NCBI RefSeq assembly: GCF_020745735.1
Contig: NC_083418.1
Span: forward strand, 2,604,001-2,668,000
Length of the DNA stretch: 64,000 bases
Origin: Hemiscyllium ocellatum
Taxonomy: Eukaryota
Direction: 5' to 3'
Shown here: one piece after another, positions 14,596-26,269 of the stretch
How the letters are laid out: each line of letters starts with the position of its first letter
Numbering within the stretch: position 1 is the stretch's first letter
Notes under the pieces: model-generated
The model's database searches: none
The model's input: the letters and a program-made list of their open reading frames with translations, nothing else
What the model was told of the DNA's origin: nothing
Position numbers and translations under genes: made by a program

Positions 14596-14909
14596 TAAGA
14601 ATCCCCATAGTGCACAAACAAGCCCTTCGGTCCAACAAGTCCACACCAACACTCCAAAGAGCACTCAGACCCGTCATCCTCCCTTATGTTTACCCCAACT
14701 ATTAACCTATGGTCTAGGTAAGATATCATGGCCAATTCACCTAAGCAGTGCACCGTTTTGTACTGTGGGAGGAAATTTGAGGACCTGGAGGAAATGAATG
14801 CAGACACTTGGAGAACGTGCAAACTCCACACAGACAGGCCTCCGAGGTTAGAATCGAAGTCCGTCATCCTCTAAGTCAGCAGCGCTAGACACTGAGCTAC
14901 CGTGCCACA
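14596..14909 (-). mobile_element. HE1/V-SINE-like SINE
   Basis: Minus-strand ggcacggtagctcagtg...ctgtctgtgtggagtttgcacgttctcc...gtggacttgttggaccgaagggc. Confidence 0.75.
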
Positions 14910-16182
14910 TTGTGTGGAGACGCAATGAATTTGCAATGGATTTAGTTAATGATTCGCTCGTTTGACAGCCCAGTCAGGTGGAATCGGTTTAGTTCAGATG
15001 GCTGGCTTCTTGGCTTATAAAGCAGTGTGATGTTATCAGCGTGTTTCCACTTCCCGTCACTGGTTTGAGGTTAATTTAAAGGTTCTCCTTCACTAACTCT
15101 TCCCTTACCTAAGGCCAGTGCTGCTTTGGATAAATCTCCACCAGCCCCTTCTTTCTTTAATGAAGGGAGCAGTCTTTACGGTCTGTTAAGTCGGTGATCG
15201 TACAAACAGTCCAGTGTGGTCGCATGTGAATGCGTTATGGTATTATTGCATCGAGAATTGAACTATATTCATTCTGTCAGAAGGGGTGTACTTCATTGGA
15301 TGTGATTAATCTCTTTAATTGATCTGTTTAATTGTTCAGGCTTCATTCACATCAAATTCAAAGATTTTTTTCCCCCTGATTTCTCTACAATCAGAGGAGA
15401 CTGTTCGATATCCATTGACTGCTCTGGTCTTGATCCTTATCTTCATTGTTCATTCTGGATTTGTACTTCAAAATTTTGTTACAGCATTCAGCATTTGTGA
15501 ATGCTCTTCACATCTAAATGAAGATCTTGTGAAGTGTATTCACTTTTATCAGAAAAACAGCAGTCCTACAATGACAGCACAAGATTAGTATCTCACCAGC
15601 TTGAACTAATTGGTGGGCCCTCGGTTCCGGGGAACTTATGAAGCATTTCGCACACTGTCTCATTAAAACAATTTATTGTCACTGTGAACCGTTGTTGCAT
15701 CAGGAGGTCGGATGAATTAAGTGCATCCTTTCCCCAATTCAGTACATATGAATTGTCTCTCGCTGGTATGAACTCGCTCGTATTTCAGTAAGTTTGAGAA
15801 ATGTAAGAGCAGGTGAACGGTCTCTTTCCAGTGTGCACTCACTTGTATTTCAAAAGATTACTGGAATCAATTAATTACTTCAAAAGCACAGCAGGCGAAT
15901 GGTCCTTCCTCTGTATGAACTCGCTGGTGTCCCAGCAGACTGATTGACTGAATGAATCCTTTCCTATTCTTAGAATATGTGAACGGCCTCTCTCCATTGA
16001 GTTCGTAGATGTAAAGTAAGATCAAATTACGGCCTGATCCCACTCCCACTGTGAAAATACTTGAATGGTTTCTCAACTGTGTGAACACATTGATGGTACA
16101 GCAGTTGGTGAGAACGTCTAAAGAATTTTCCATACTATGGACAATTGATTGGTTTATCCTTTGTGAACCCACTGGTGAGTCA

Positions 16183-16385
16183 AAAATCTTCGAGTAAAAA
16201 ATGAGGTCTGCAGGTGCTTGAGATCACAGCTGAAAATGTGTTGCTGGTCAAAGCATAGCAGGTCAGGCAGCATCTCAGGCTACTCTCTCTCATTCCTGAT
16301 GAAGGGCTTATGCTCGAAACGTCGAATTCCCTATTCCTGAGATGCTGCCTGGCCTGCTGTGCATTGACCAGCAACACATTTTCAA
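16183..16385. mobile_element. 203-bp non-autonomous PLE-derived hairpin element
   Basis: 14-bp TSD ccactggtgagtca (16169-16182 / 16386-16399). 48-nt arms 16232-16279 and 16336-16383 are 45/48 complementary. Hammerhead core in the loop. Confidence 0.85.
16292..16327 (+). ncRNA. Minimal hammerhead motif
   Basis: AUUC-CUGAUGA-A-GGGC(UUAU)GCUC-GAAAC-GUC-GAAU, with a 4-bp stem I. Confidence 0.65.
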
Positions 16386-17338
16386 CCACTGGTGAGTCAG
16401 CAAGTTCGAAAACTGAGCAAGTCCTTTTCCACACTCGGAACAGTTGAATGTCTTTTCCACAGTGTGGTTGCACTGATGAATTTTCAGGGCAGACAAGTAA
16501 TTGAATCCTTTCCATTGATACCACATTACTTCAGCTTCTATCCAGCGTCTATCCAATTACGTCTCGATCGTTCAGATAGTGAATAGATTCACTCCACTGT
16601 GAATGTAGCTTTCTCCTTTCATTTTCAAAGGCCGGTGAGGTTCAGGCGATATTGAACAAAGCAAATCCATCAAATTCTGATGTGATGATCCGTTTCAGTT
16701 TACCAACTGCAAATCCTCATCTTTGATACCCCGAAAGAAAACAGAAATACCACAGGAAGAGAGTACTTCTCAAAACACCAAAGCATATAATTTTCATTCT
16801 TCATCGGATGTAGGTATTCCGGAACAGATCAGCATTTATTGTTCATTCTTGATTTGATTGGACAAGGTGATGATGAGTTTTCTTCTTAAACCTTCGTTTC
16901 CATGTTCTGTCGGTAGACCTAAATTATAGGGGAGTGAAATCCAGTTTTGACCTAGTGATTCTGGAGGAACGGCAATGAATCTCCAGATCAGGATGGTAAG
17001 TGTGTTGTAGGTCTTTCCTATCTATCCACGTCACTTTTCCTTTTGGATGGAAGTCGTTGTGAGTTTGAAGGTTACGTCTTTATGAGCCTTGGTGAATATC
17101 TGCAGTGCATGTTGTGAATGGTACAGACTGCATGTCTGAACGTTTGTGGAGAGAATGGATATTTGTCGATGTTTTGTTAGTTCTGTGTTGCTGATCAATT
17201 CAGCTGTTCTGATCTGGTTACAGGAGAAAGTGAGGACTGCAGATGCTGGAGGTCAGAGCTGAAAACGTATTGCTGGAAAAGCGCAGCAGGTCAGGCAGCA
17301 TCCAAGAAACAGGAGAATCGACGTTTCGGGCATGAGCC

Positions 17339-18063
17339 TGTGAGAAACAAACCTCACACACTGCAATAATTTCAGTCCGAGACATGATCTGAATCAGAAG
17401 GGCTCTTTATTTCACACTTGCAAGTGGGTGTGATGTCCACAAGGCAGGGATAAAACATCCCGAATTCAACAAATACTCGATATTTATATAATTTGGTTCC
17501 TATATGTTTTTATTTCTTATTTCATTGTTCACCCCCCACCCCCGTTTGCATCCTCCACTTCCCTAAAACCAGTACTCCTCCTGCTTATCTCGTGTCTTAT
17601 CCGATCTTGTCTGTGAAAAACATGCTCATTCCTGTTCTCAAGGCCATTTCCCTTACCCTGCTTAACTAACCATTATTTACTCCTTCCATTTGTGCCGCTC
17701 CTCTCAGCATCTTATCATTAAGACTCGTTTAATTGGGGTTTGTTCCTGTGTTTCTGTAAAAGAGGGAAACAGAAGTTTATACCTATTTTTTATACAGGCA
17801 TATTGAGTTTAACTGTCTGTCTTCGCAGCATCTTATCACTTAGCCCTTCTAAATGGGGTTACCATTTGTTGTGTATTCCCGTTTCTTTCTTGCATGCATT
17901 CTTAGCTAATATAAGCAAACCAATTAGCATTTCCTCCACAGAGTTCACATTCTTGTTGACTCAGCTCCTGGCTGAAACAATTACACACTGATGTGAGTTC
18001 AGTTATTTTTTATATAATGAATTTAGAATTTCAGAAAAAAACATAAATTTACCATATCCCACA
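17339..18063 (-). mobile_element. Probable solo LTR (725 bp)
   Basis: Begins TG(TGAG), ends (CCCA)CA, 4-bp TSD agcc/agca with one mismatch, AATAAA on minus near 17407. It interrupts an otherwise contiguous repeat. Confidence 0.65.
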
Positions 18064-18093
18064 AGCACTTCTTCAGGAATGAAGAAATTCCTC

Positions 18094-18130
18094 ATTCCTG
18101 AAGAAGGGTTCATGCCCGAAACGTCGATTC
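18094..18130 (+). ncRNA. Minimal hammerhead motif
   Basis: AUUC-CUGAAGA-A-GGGU(UCAU)GCCC-GAAAC-GUC-GAUUC. Confidence 0.6.
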
Positions 18131-18399
18131 TTCTGCTCCTTGGATGCTGCCTGACCTGCTGCAGTTTTCCAGCGACACATTTTCTGTTCTGGTTGGTGTT
18201 GGGATTTTTAGTATTGTTGAAACTGCAGTCAGGATTCCTGAATAAGGTTATGATTTACATATCTCTTGTTATTCAGATGCTGACTAATCTGCTGTGTTCC
18301 TATGTGCATCTTTAACACTGCAATCATCCAGGCTAGCAGGAACTATCGAATTATGTCTATTTCTGTGGTGTAAAGGAGTAAACAGTTGATCGGGAAAGA

Positions 18400-18950
18400 T
18401 CACAAAGAAAGAGAAGAACATTTGGACAATGAGAAGAATAACGCTCTAGTTAGGAGGGTGAATAGCTGTTAATGGAGACTGCCAGTGACTAATCATAGGT
18501 GGCGTGTAATCGCAGACTATGTGAGAGACAGCATTTAGGGTTCAAGAAAATCCCTGACTGTGACCCACTTTTATGCCACAGCGCTGCATGTCTGGAGAAG
18601 TTAGTTTCTAAAAGACATTCTAACTTTTACAATCTCCGAAGAAGGACTTTGGGCCCATCTTGCAAATGTCCATCATCAAGTCACTATCGAGTCACATCCC
18701 AGTTTTTCAGAACTTGGTCTGGAACCTTAAGCGCTGTGGTACTCCAAGTGATCAACGAAATATTTTACTAACTCTACCACCTTCAGCCAAATACTATTAC
18801 CAAACATATATTCGCCTCCTCACACTTGTCCGCATTCCCCAGGGATCATTTCCTCCGGGGCACCGTGGTGCACTCTGTCTTCAATCTCGACACCTCCCCC
18901 ATAGCCCCATGGAAGCTTTGTCTACAATCGCGAAAAATGTGACATATACA
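18400..18950 (+). mobile_element. PLE-family internal fragment (tentative)
   Basis: Resembles the recalled shark PLE of the 29351 family. No complete motif. Confidence 0.35.
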
Positions 18951-19404
18951 TTCATAGGACATGCGAACTAGTATCAAGAATATGGCGTACGGGCCTTCAA
19001 GACTGCTCTGCCATTAAATAAGTTCATGGCTGATCTTTCCATTAACATACATCCAATTAATCACTCTCTGAAGATATTTTTACTTCCTTTAGTGTTCAAA
19101 CAAAAATCAGCCCTAGCTTAAAAAACATTGAGTGATGTAGCATCAACTACTTCGTTGGGCAAATAGTTCCACAGAGGAAAAACCCACTGGTTGAAGAAAT
19201 TGCTTCTCGATTCAGTCCTAAATCGTCTCCTTCTAATCTTGAGGCTGTGCCCTATTGTCCTCGTTTCACCCGCCAATGGAAGCATGCTCTCTACTTCTAT
19301 CTCATAATTCCCTTCTAATTTGATATATTTCCATCAGATCCGCACTCATTCTTCTCAATTTTGGATATAACCCTAATCTATTTTACAATATATGTTAACG
19401 ATAT

Positions 19405-20348
19405 AGTAATAACATTAGCAAATTTGCTGATGATACTAAGCTGGGTGGCAGGGTGAAATGTGGGGAGGAAGTTAAGAGATTACATGGTGACCTGGACAGG
19501 TTAGATGAGTAGTCAGATGTAGGGCAGATGCAGTTTAACGTGGATAAATGTATGGTTATCCACTTTGGTGGCAAGAACAGGAAAGCAGATTACTACCTAA
19601 ATGGAATCAATTTAGGTCAAGGGGCAGTACAAAGAGATATAGGTGTTCTTGTACACCAATCAATGAAGGTAAGCATGCAGGTACAGCACGTAGTGAAGAA
19701 GCCAAATAGCATGCTGGCCTTCATAACAAGAGGGATTGAGTATAGAAGCAAAGACGTTCTTCTGCAGCTGTACAGGGCACTGGTGAGACCACACATGGAT
19801 TACTGTGTGCAGTTCTGGTCTCCAAATTTGAGGAAAGACATTATAGCTATTGAGGGAGTGCAGCGTAGGTTCACAAGGTCAATTCCTGGAATGGCAGGAC
19901 TACCTTACGCTGAAAGACTGGATCGATTAGGCTTATATACCGTTGAGTTTAGAAGACTGAGAGGGATTCTGATTGAGACATATAAGATTATTAAAGGATT
20001 GGACGCTCTGGAGACAGGAAACAAATTTCCGCTAATGGATGAGTGCCGAACCAGAGGATAAAGCTTAAAAATACGGGGTAGACCATTAAGGACTGAGATG
20101 AGGAGAAACGTCTTCACCCAGAGAGTGGTGGCTGTGTTGAATGCTCTGCCCCAGAAGCCAGTGGAGGCCCAGTCCCTGGATTCATTCAAGAAAGAGTTGG
20201 ATAGAGCTCTCAAGGAAAGTGGAATCAAGGGTTATGGAGATAAGGCAGGAACAGGATACTGGTTAAGGATGACCAGCCATAATCATATTGAATGGTGGTG
20301 CAGGCTCAAAGGGCAGAATGGCCTCCTCCTGCACCTATTTTCTATTGT
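19405..20348 (+). mobile_element. CR1 LINE 3' fragment (second subfamily)
   Basis: KFADDTKLGG, QFNVDKCMVIHFG, LYRALVRPHMDYCVQFWSP, then a CR1-like 3' UTR. Confidence 0.9.
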
Positions 20349-20399
20349 CTACTTATTTTCATGTCATCAACGAACACCTTCAAATGCAGAATCAACCTC

Positions 20400-21260
20400 G
20401 TGAAACTCCTGTGCTCCCCCTCCATTTCAATATATCCTTTGTCAAGTGAGAATATTATAACTGCACACATTACCGCAGGATGAGCTTCACTAGCACATTG
20501 TACAGTTGCAATATAACCTCTCTGCTTTTAAACTCAATCCCTTCAACAATTAAATACCAAATTACTTTTTATTGCTTGTAACTTGTCGCACCTACATTCC
20601 AACCTTGTGATCCAATATAACTATATCAAATTCCCTCTGCATGGCTGCATGCTGCAACTTTTCATCACTTTCGGAATAAGCTACTTTTTAACTTTTATTT
20701 CAACAAAAAAGTGTGATTTCACATTTATTAACATTGTATTCCATTTGCCAGACTATTGCCCATTAACTTAATATTTTAAAGTTCCATTGCAAATTTTCAC
20801 AGTCCTCTGCACACAATGCTGTGCTACTGATCTCTGTGTCAACTGCAAACCTTGACACGCTGCACATGGCTCCCAACTCCAAATTACCCATATAAATTGT
20901 CAGTAATTGCGGTCCCAGTAAAAATCCCTGATGTACACCGTTGATGGACAACAGAATAGCACTGATTTATCCGCGATCTTCTATTCCTGTTTGGCATTTA
21001 ATCCTCAATCGATGCTCATATTTTAACTTGAACAGCATTCATCCGTTTACTGCCAGTCCCTGTGCGGCACCTTGTCAAGGGCATTTTGGAAATCTAGCTA
21101 CACCAGTTCACTTTGTCCCGTTATACACCATGCTTGTATTGTCATCACAGAATTCTAAAAGATGTTGCAGGCATGACCTGCCCTTCATGAACTCATGCTG
21201 CGTCTGTATCATTTCTTTCGAGATGCCCTGCTATTTCTTCCTTGATAATAGACACAAGAA
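20400..21260 (-). mobile_element. Older CR1 RT fragment
   Basis: Minus-strand GVHQGFLLGPQLLTIY...SRFAVDT, degenerate RT motifs. Confidence 0.65.
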
Positions 21261-21541
21261 AGTCGCCCACACTGAGGTACTGAGTCAGTGAATTAGGAAC
21301 AGAGGTTGAAAGCTCTACTACTGCCTCTTTGTAATGGTGTGAAAACTGAGGGTTTGTTTCACATTTAGAGCATCAGTTTGGCATTATTGAAGCACTGTCC
21401 GAGCCTTAGTATTGAGGGTGTGCTTCATTCTCAGAGAGTTAGAAGTGAAGTGTCTTATTATCAGAGTTTCATTCCTGAGGGAATGACTTATCAGAGTGTC
21501 AGTGAAACGTGATTGTCTTTGTAGTAATGATTACTATCACC

Positions 21542-22660
21542 GAATTCTCCAATTTAGCCATGCCGTACACTAATTCTCCCATCTTGCATTGTCCTGCCAC
21601 AATTCTCTCATTTAATGTTACACCGCAATAATTATTCCATTATCTGTTGTTGTGTTCCAAATTCTTATACATAGATAATCTGGAGCACAATTCTTCCATT
21701 AAGTAATTCCGTAAAACGATTGTCCATGTCAGTGGTCCCCTGCCGAATTCTTAAATTGAGGCACGGACGAGTTGAACTGAACTGTCTGTTTCTGTATCGA
21801 AAATCTCACCGATTCTCTTTCGCGCTCCGCTGCTCTGTACCAATTCTGCCTTTTGCCAATCCTGGACAAATCCTGGAACAGCCCGAACTCTCCCATTCTC
21901 CGTCTTACAGCTGCTCTTTTTCACTGTTTAATTTAATGACACTTCCATCAATCTTCTAATGTAATGGCACTGTGATGTATACCTCCCATTTACTAAGGTC
22001 CACCAATCTTCCCACTTATTCATACCCTATACTAATTCCTCCATTTACTGATGCCCAAATCTAACTCCATTTACTGGTGTCCTACTCTAATGCTCCCACT
22101 TACTGACGCCATGCCCCAAATCTTCATTAGTCCCATGATGCATCAGTTCAGCCATTTAGTGTTACCGTGCCACAATTCTCCCATTTTGTGATCACTGCCA
22201 GAATTCTCTAATTTTGGTGTCGTCTGCATCAAATCTCCAAATTAACAATCCTGCACAAATCCTTCCTTTCGGGGTGAACTGCACCAACTCTCCCATTGAG
22301 TATTGTGTTTTCCAATTCTACCACTTAGTTATTTTCAGATACACATCTTTCACAGAATGGTGTTCCTATTCACTTTTTGTTTTCATTTAATGCAACAAAA
22401 CTCACGATTGCTCCTTTCCAATGTTTCTCTTCGTTACTGATGCACTGTCCATGTTCTCATATTTACTCGGGCCCTGCTACAATTTCCTACGTTCTTGGAA
22501 TTCTTCAATAATATTCCCATTTATCGATGTCCTGAACAGATTTTGCACGAACTCCTGAGCTACGCTTATCCCCCATTTACTGATTCTCCCACTTTGAGGT
22601 TCCTGACTCTAAATCTCCCAATCAGTATTAGCCTGCCCCAATACTCCTGTTTCGTGCAAC
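21542..22660 (+). repeat. Degenerate 29-30-bp minisatellite (AATTCTCCCATTT core)
   Basis: Successive aattct(c/t)(c/t)(c/a)att units about 29 bp apart from 21542. Confidence 0.6.
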
Positions 22661-23549
22661 ACTGAAAAAATTCTCCTATTTTTTGCTGCAGTACCTCAGT
22701 ACTCACCAGCAAATCATGAGGCACTCCTTCAGTTCTGAAAATCTCAAAGCAAGGCACCGCCTGAGAGTTGAATGTCTCACAATAATGCGTTTTCACAGTC
22801 CTTACAATCTGACTGCACTTCAGTATTTCGGATAATGGGAGAATTTGTGCAATCTAATATAAAATGGGTCAATACTGAGTCAATGCCTCATTGTACTGGG
22901 ATGGTATTGAAAGACTTCCCCTTGAGTAGACAGTCTGTACTGAGATAACCGAGCTCTATTAAAGCGTCAGTACAGATGCATTGAAACACTCATTGACTTT
23001 CATCACTGAGGGAGAGACTCATTTTCAGAGGGTTAGAGTTGTGAGAGTGCACCATTGTCAGAAAATGAATCCTCAGCCAATGTCTCGTGTTGCAGAAGTT
23101 GGAATAGACGGTGTGCGCCATGATTAGTGCATCAAAAACGAGATATTACAGATCTACCAGAGGGTCAGTCCTGATTGAGTGCCCCATTTTCAGAGGGTAC
23201 ATTTGAGGCAATGAGGATTTGTCAGGGGGTCAATTCTGTGGCGGTGTCTCATTGCAATGACATCAGACCCGAGTGTTGGTCACATATTAAAGGGTTAGGA
23301 TAGATAGTGCATTAAAATGAGAGCCCCCTGACGCAGGAGCCCTCACGACCAATGAGTGAATACCTTAAAGTCAGACATTTGTTCCTAAGTGTGCACCTCA
23401 TTGTCTGAGAATGTGTTCTGGTACAGAGACTTTATGTGATGGGGTCTGACATGAAGGAATGCTACATGATTAAAGGTTCAGTACTGAGGAATGTTGCCAT
23501 AGTCTGAACAGAAATTTTGGACTATTTTCTTGTCAGAGAAAAGCGGTTA

Positions 23550-25060
23550 GTGACGATTTAGTCTGAGATCCAAAAAAATGCAGACAAAGAAGATGTTGAG
23601 CAGTAGAGCCATTCATGGTGTCCATTACGCGTGGGGACACCTCCCATCATATACTTGGCAGGTACTCATGCGATGCAACCAGTGTTGTCTATCTCATACG
23701 CTCCAGGCAAGGACTCCCTGAGGCATGATGCTTTTGTGAAACCGACAGGGGCTGTGGCAACAGCTGACTGGGCTCCACACAACTATCAACAGACAGGTGT
23801 GTTCCCTTCTAGTAGGAGAACACTTCAGCTGTCCACAACATTCAATCTCAGACCTTCGGGTGACCATTCTCCAAGGCAGACTTTGGGAAAGGCAGCAGCA
23901 AAATGTGGCTGAGCAGAAGCTGACAGCGAAGTTGCGTAGGGAGGGCCTCATCCGGGACCTTGGGTTCATGTCACACTACAGTCGACCACAATTGCACTAT
24001 ATACACACGCAGACACTCCTACACACATACACGCGTTCCTGTACACACACATGCACACAGACATACCTATACACAGACAGGCACACAGACACACGCACTC
24101 CTACAGACACACACACCTCCCACGTGCACCCTCTGACAGACTTAGACTCTTTTCCACTCACGCACACACATAGACACTCTCTCTCACAGACACTCACAAC
24201 CCTTCACCCCAGACACACAGAGAAATGCATACACAAACACAGGCGTGCTGCTATACACACGCAGATACACCTATTCACAGACAAGCACCCAGGCACTCAG
24301 ATACACTCCTGGAAAAACCACACACTTCCACATGCATCCTGTCGCAGACTTAGACCCATTTAGACTAGCACACACATGTACACTATCTCTCTCACAGACA
24401 CGCACCCGTGACACACACATACTCACACACACACACACACACACACACACCCCGACATGGACACATACACATATACGTTTGTAGGGTGAATTTGTATTAA
24501 CGTTTACGGTGTAGGTTTGCTACCTGAGCAGTAGGCTTGATATCCAGACGTTACATTACCTGGCTCGGTAACATTATCAGTGGCGACCGCCAAGTGAAGC
24601 GAAGCTGTTGTGACAGAGTTAAATTGTACTTTGCTCAGAAACTGAACGAATCCATGTAAGACTGTTAACTCGTTTTTTAGATCAGAATCAGTCTCAACAT
24701 TATGGCAAAGACAACAGAATATGGGGGGTAACACCTTCAACATCTTAAATGACTGACACCAATTGTTGCAGTTAACCTGAGAATGTGACTTTTTAAAAAA
24801 AAATGTGGTTTATATATGAAAAAGTGAAAGCAACTTGCTCCACCTAACAGTGCGAGACTTAAAAAATCAAGACATTTTCAATTATAATTTCAGTTACATC
24901 GCACTGTTATCTTTTGCGATGCATTTTTGTCGCTTACAATTGTATTCTCCACAACTACCCGATGAAGGAGCAGCGCTCTGAACCCTACTGCTTACAATTA
25001 AACCTGTTTGACCAAAACCTAGCGTTGTGTGACTTTTAACATTGCACACCTCAGTGCCAC
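23550..25060 (+). mobile_element. PLE 3' end of a third family (GIY-YIG C-terminus, CA-rich 3' UTR)
   Basis: VGEHFSCPQHSISDLRVTILQG...AEQKLTAKL..EGLIRDLGFMSHY, then a CA-rich tract and a terminal ccgatgaaggagcagcgctctgaac motif. Confidence 0.65.
23996..24475. repeat. CA-rich low-complexity/microsatellite tract
   Basis: Imperfect (CA)n, pure near 24424-24450. Confidence 0.9.
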
Positions 25061-25379
25061 ACCGGCTACGAAATCATGTCACTCCCGAGTATCTGATATT
25101 CTCTATTGCCTCCAATAGATTCCAAAGTCACATCACTCACCACTGTCTGTCACATAAATGTAAAACCCAATCTGAAACTCCTGCATAACATCCAAGTCTG
25201 TAACTCCATCATGGGTGTCTGGTTTAAATATATATAACCCATTGTGAAATGCCAGTATAACATTCCAGTTTGTGACTCACTTCCAGGTATCTGTTTCATA
25301 TATCCAATCAACTCCTGTATAACATCCCAGTCTGTAACACACTGCCGGGGATCTGGTTTATAACTGTTCTCTGTTTGGC

Positions 25380-26250
25380 TTGTCCTCTAATAGTAGTGTT
25401 GTCCCACTCGAACTCATGTTGCTCGTCATCTGCGTATGTGGCTACTAAGGATAACTAGTCGTGTCGTTTCTTGGCTAGTTGGTGTTCGTTAGCTGTCTTC
25501 CTGTTTGTCCTATGTAGTGTTCTGTGCAGTTCTTGCATGGGATTTTGTAAACTACGTTGGTTATGCTCATGCTGGGTAACGGGTCCCTTCTCCTGGTGAG
25601 TTGTTGTCTGAGAGTGGCTGTTGGTTTGTGTGCTGTTATGAGTCCTCGTGGTCGTCGTCGTCTGGCTGTCAGTTCAGAAATGATCTTGATTTATGGTAAC
25701 GTGGCTAGTCCAAAAAAAAAGTGTAGGTGTGATAATGAGCGAGTTTCGAGCTGCTTTATAGGTCAGGTTGAAGATCTGGCTGTATGTTGGTTCGCTTATC
25801 CGGAAACATTACTTTAACAAACACTACATAAGTCAAACAGGCAGAAAAATAGACACCAGGATACATGAAAATCAACTCGCCACAAAACAATAAAACCCAC
25901 TCTCACTGAAATTCTTACATATGGATGAGGAAGGACACCTCTTTGACTGGGAAACACATCCATCCTAGGACAAGCCAAACAGAGACCCGCATGAAAATTC
26001 CTAGGGCATGGCATTCCAACCGGAACTCTATCAACAAACACATCGAGTCAGACCAATGCTCCCATCTCCTCAGAAAAAAGAGCAGAAAAACATCACCGCA
26101 GGAAATGACATCACGACAGGAAATTACATTACCAACCCAAAGAAACCCAAACATACAAATAGAAAGCCGGAATTATCAGCAGTGCTAATGGAAGATATTA
26201 CCGAGTAGGGTGTTGAAACTTCTGGAAATGAACCCTCCAGCTCAGCAGCT
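25380..26250. mobile_element. PLE GIY-YIG remnants, minus then plus
   Basis: DNA similar to 36900-37100 (minus part) and 38200-38400 (plus part), ending in a degenerate hammerhead-like terminus. Confidence 0.7.
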
Positions 26251-26269
26251 CAGCGAGCAAACTTACATC

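Larger units (their letters stand above)
15600..16735 (-). pseudogene. Decayed C2H2 zinc-finger gene last exon, interrupted by a hairpin element
   Basis: [77 protein letters not shown]. Many stops and frameshifts. Confidence 0.8.
17225..18200. mobile_element. PLE-derived hairpin element split by a solo LTR
   Basis: Minus arm 17225-17338 resumes at 18064, followed by the plus arm 18090-~18200. Confidence 0.75.

Noticed and set aside
23797-24484. Long His/Thr-rich ORFs
   Set aside because: They are translations of a CA-rich tract. Only the first ~60 aa are real PLE GIY-YIG remnant.
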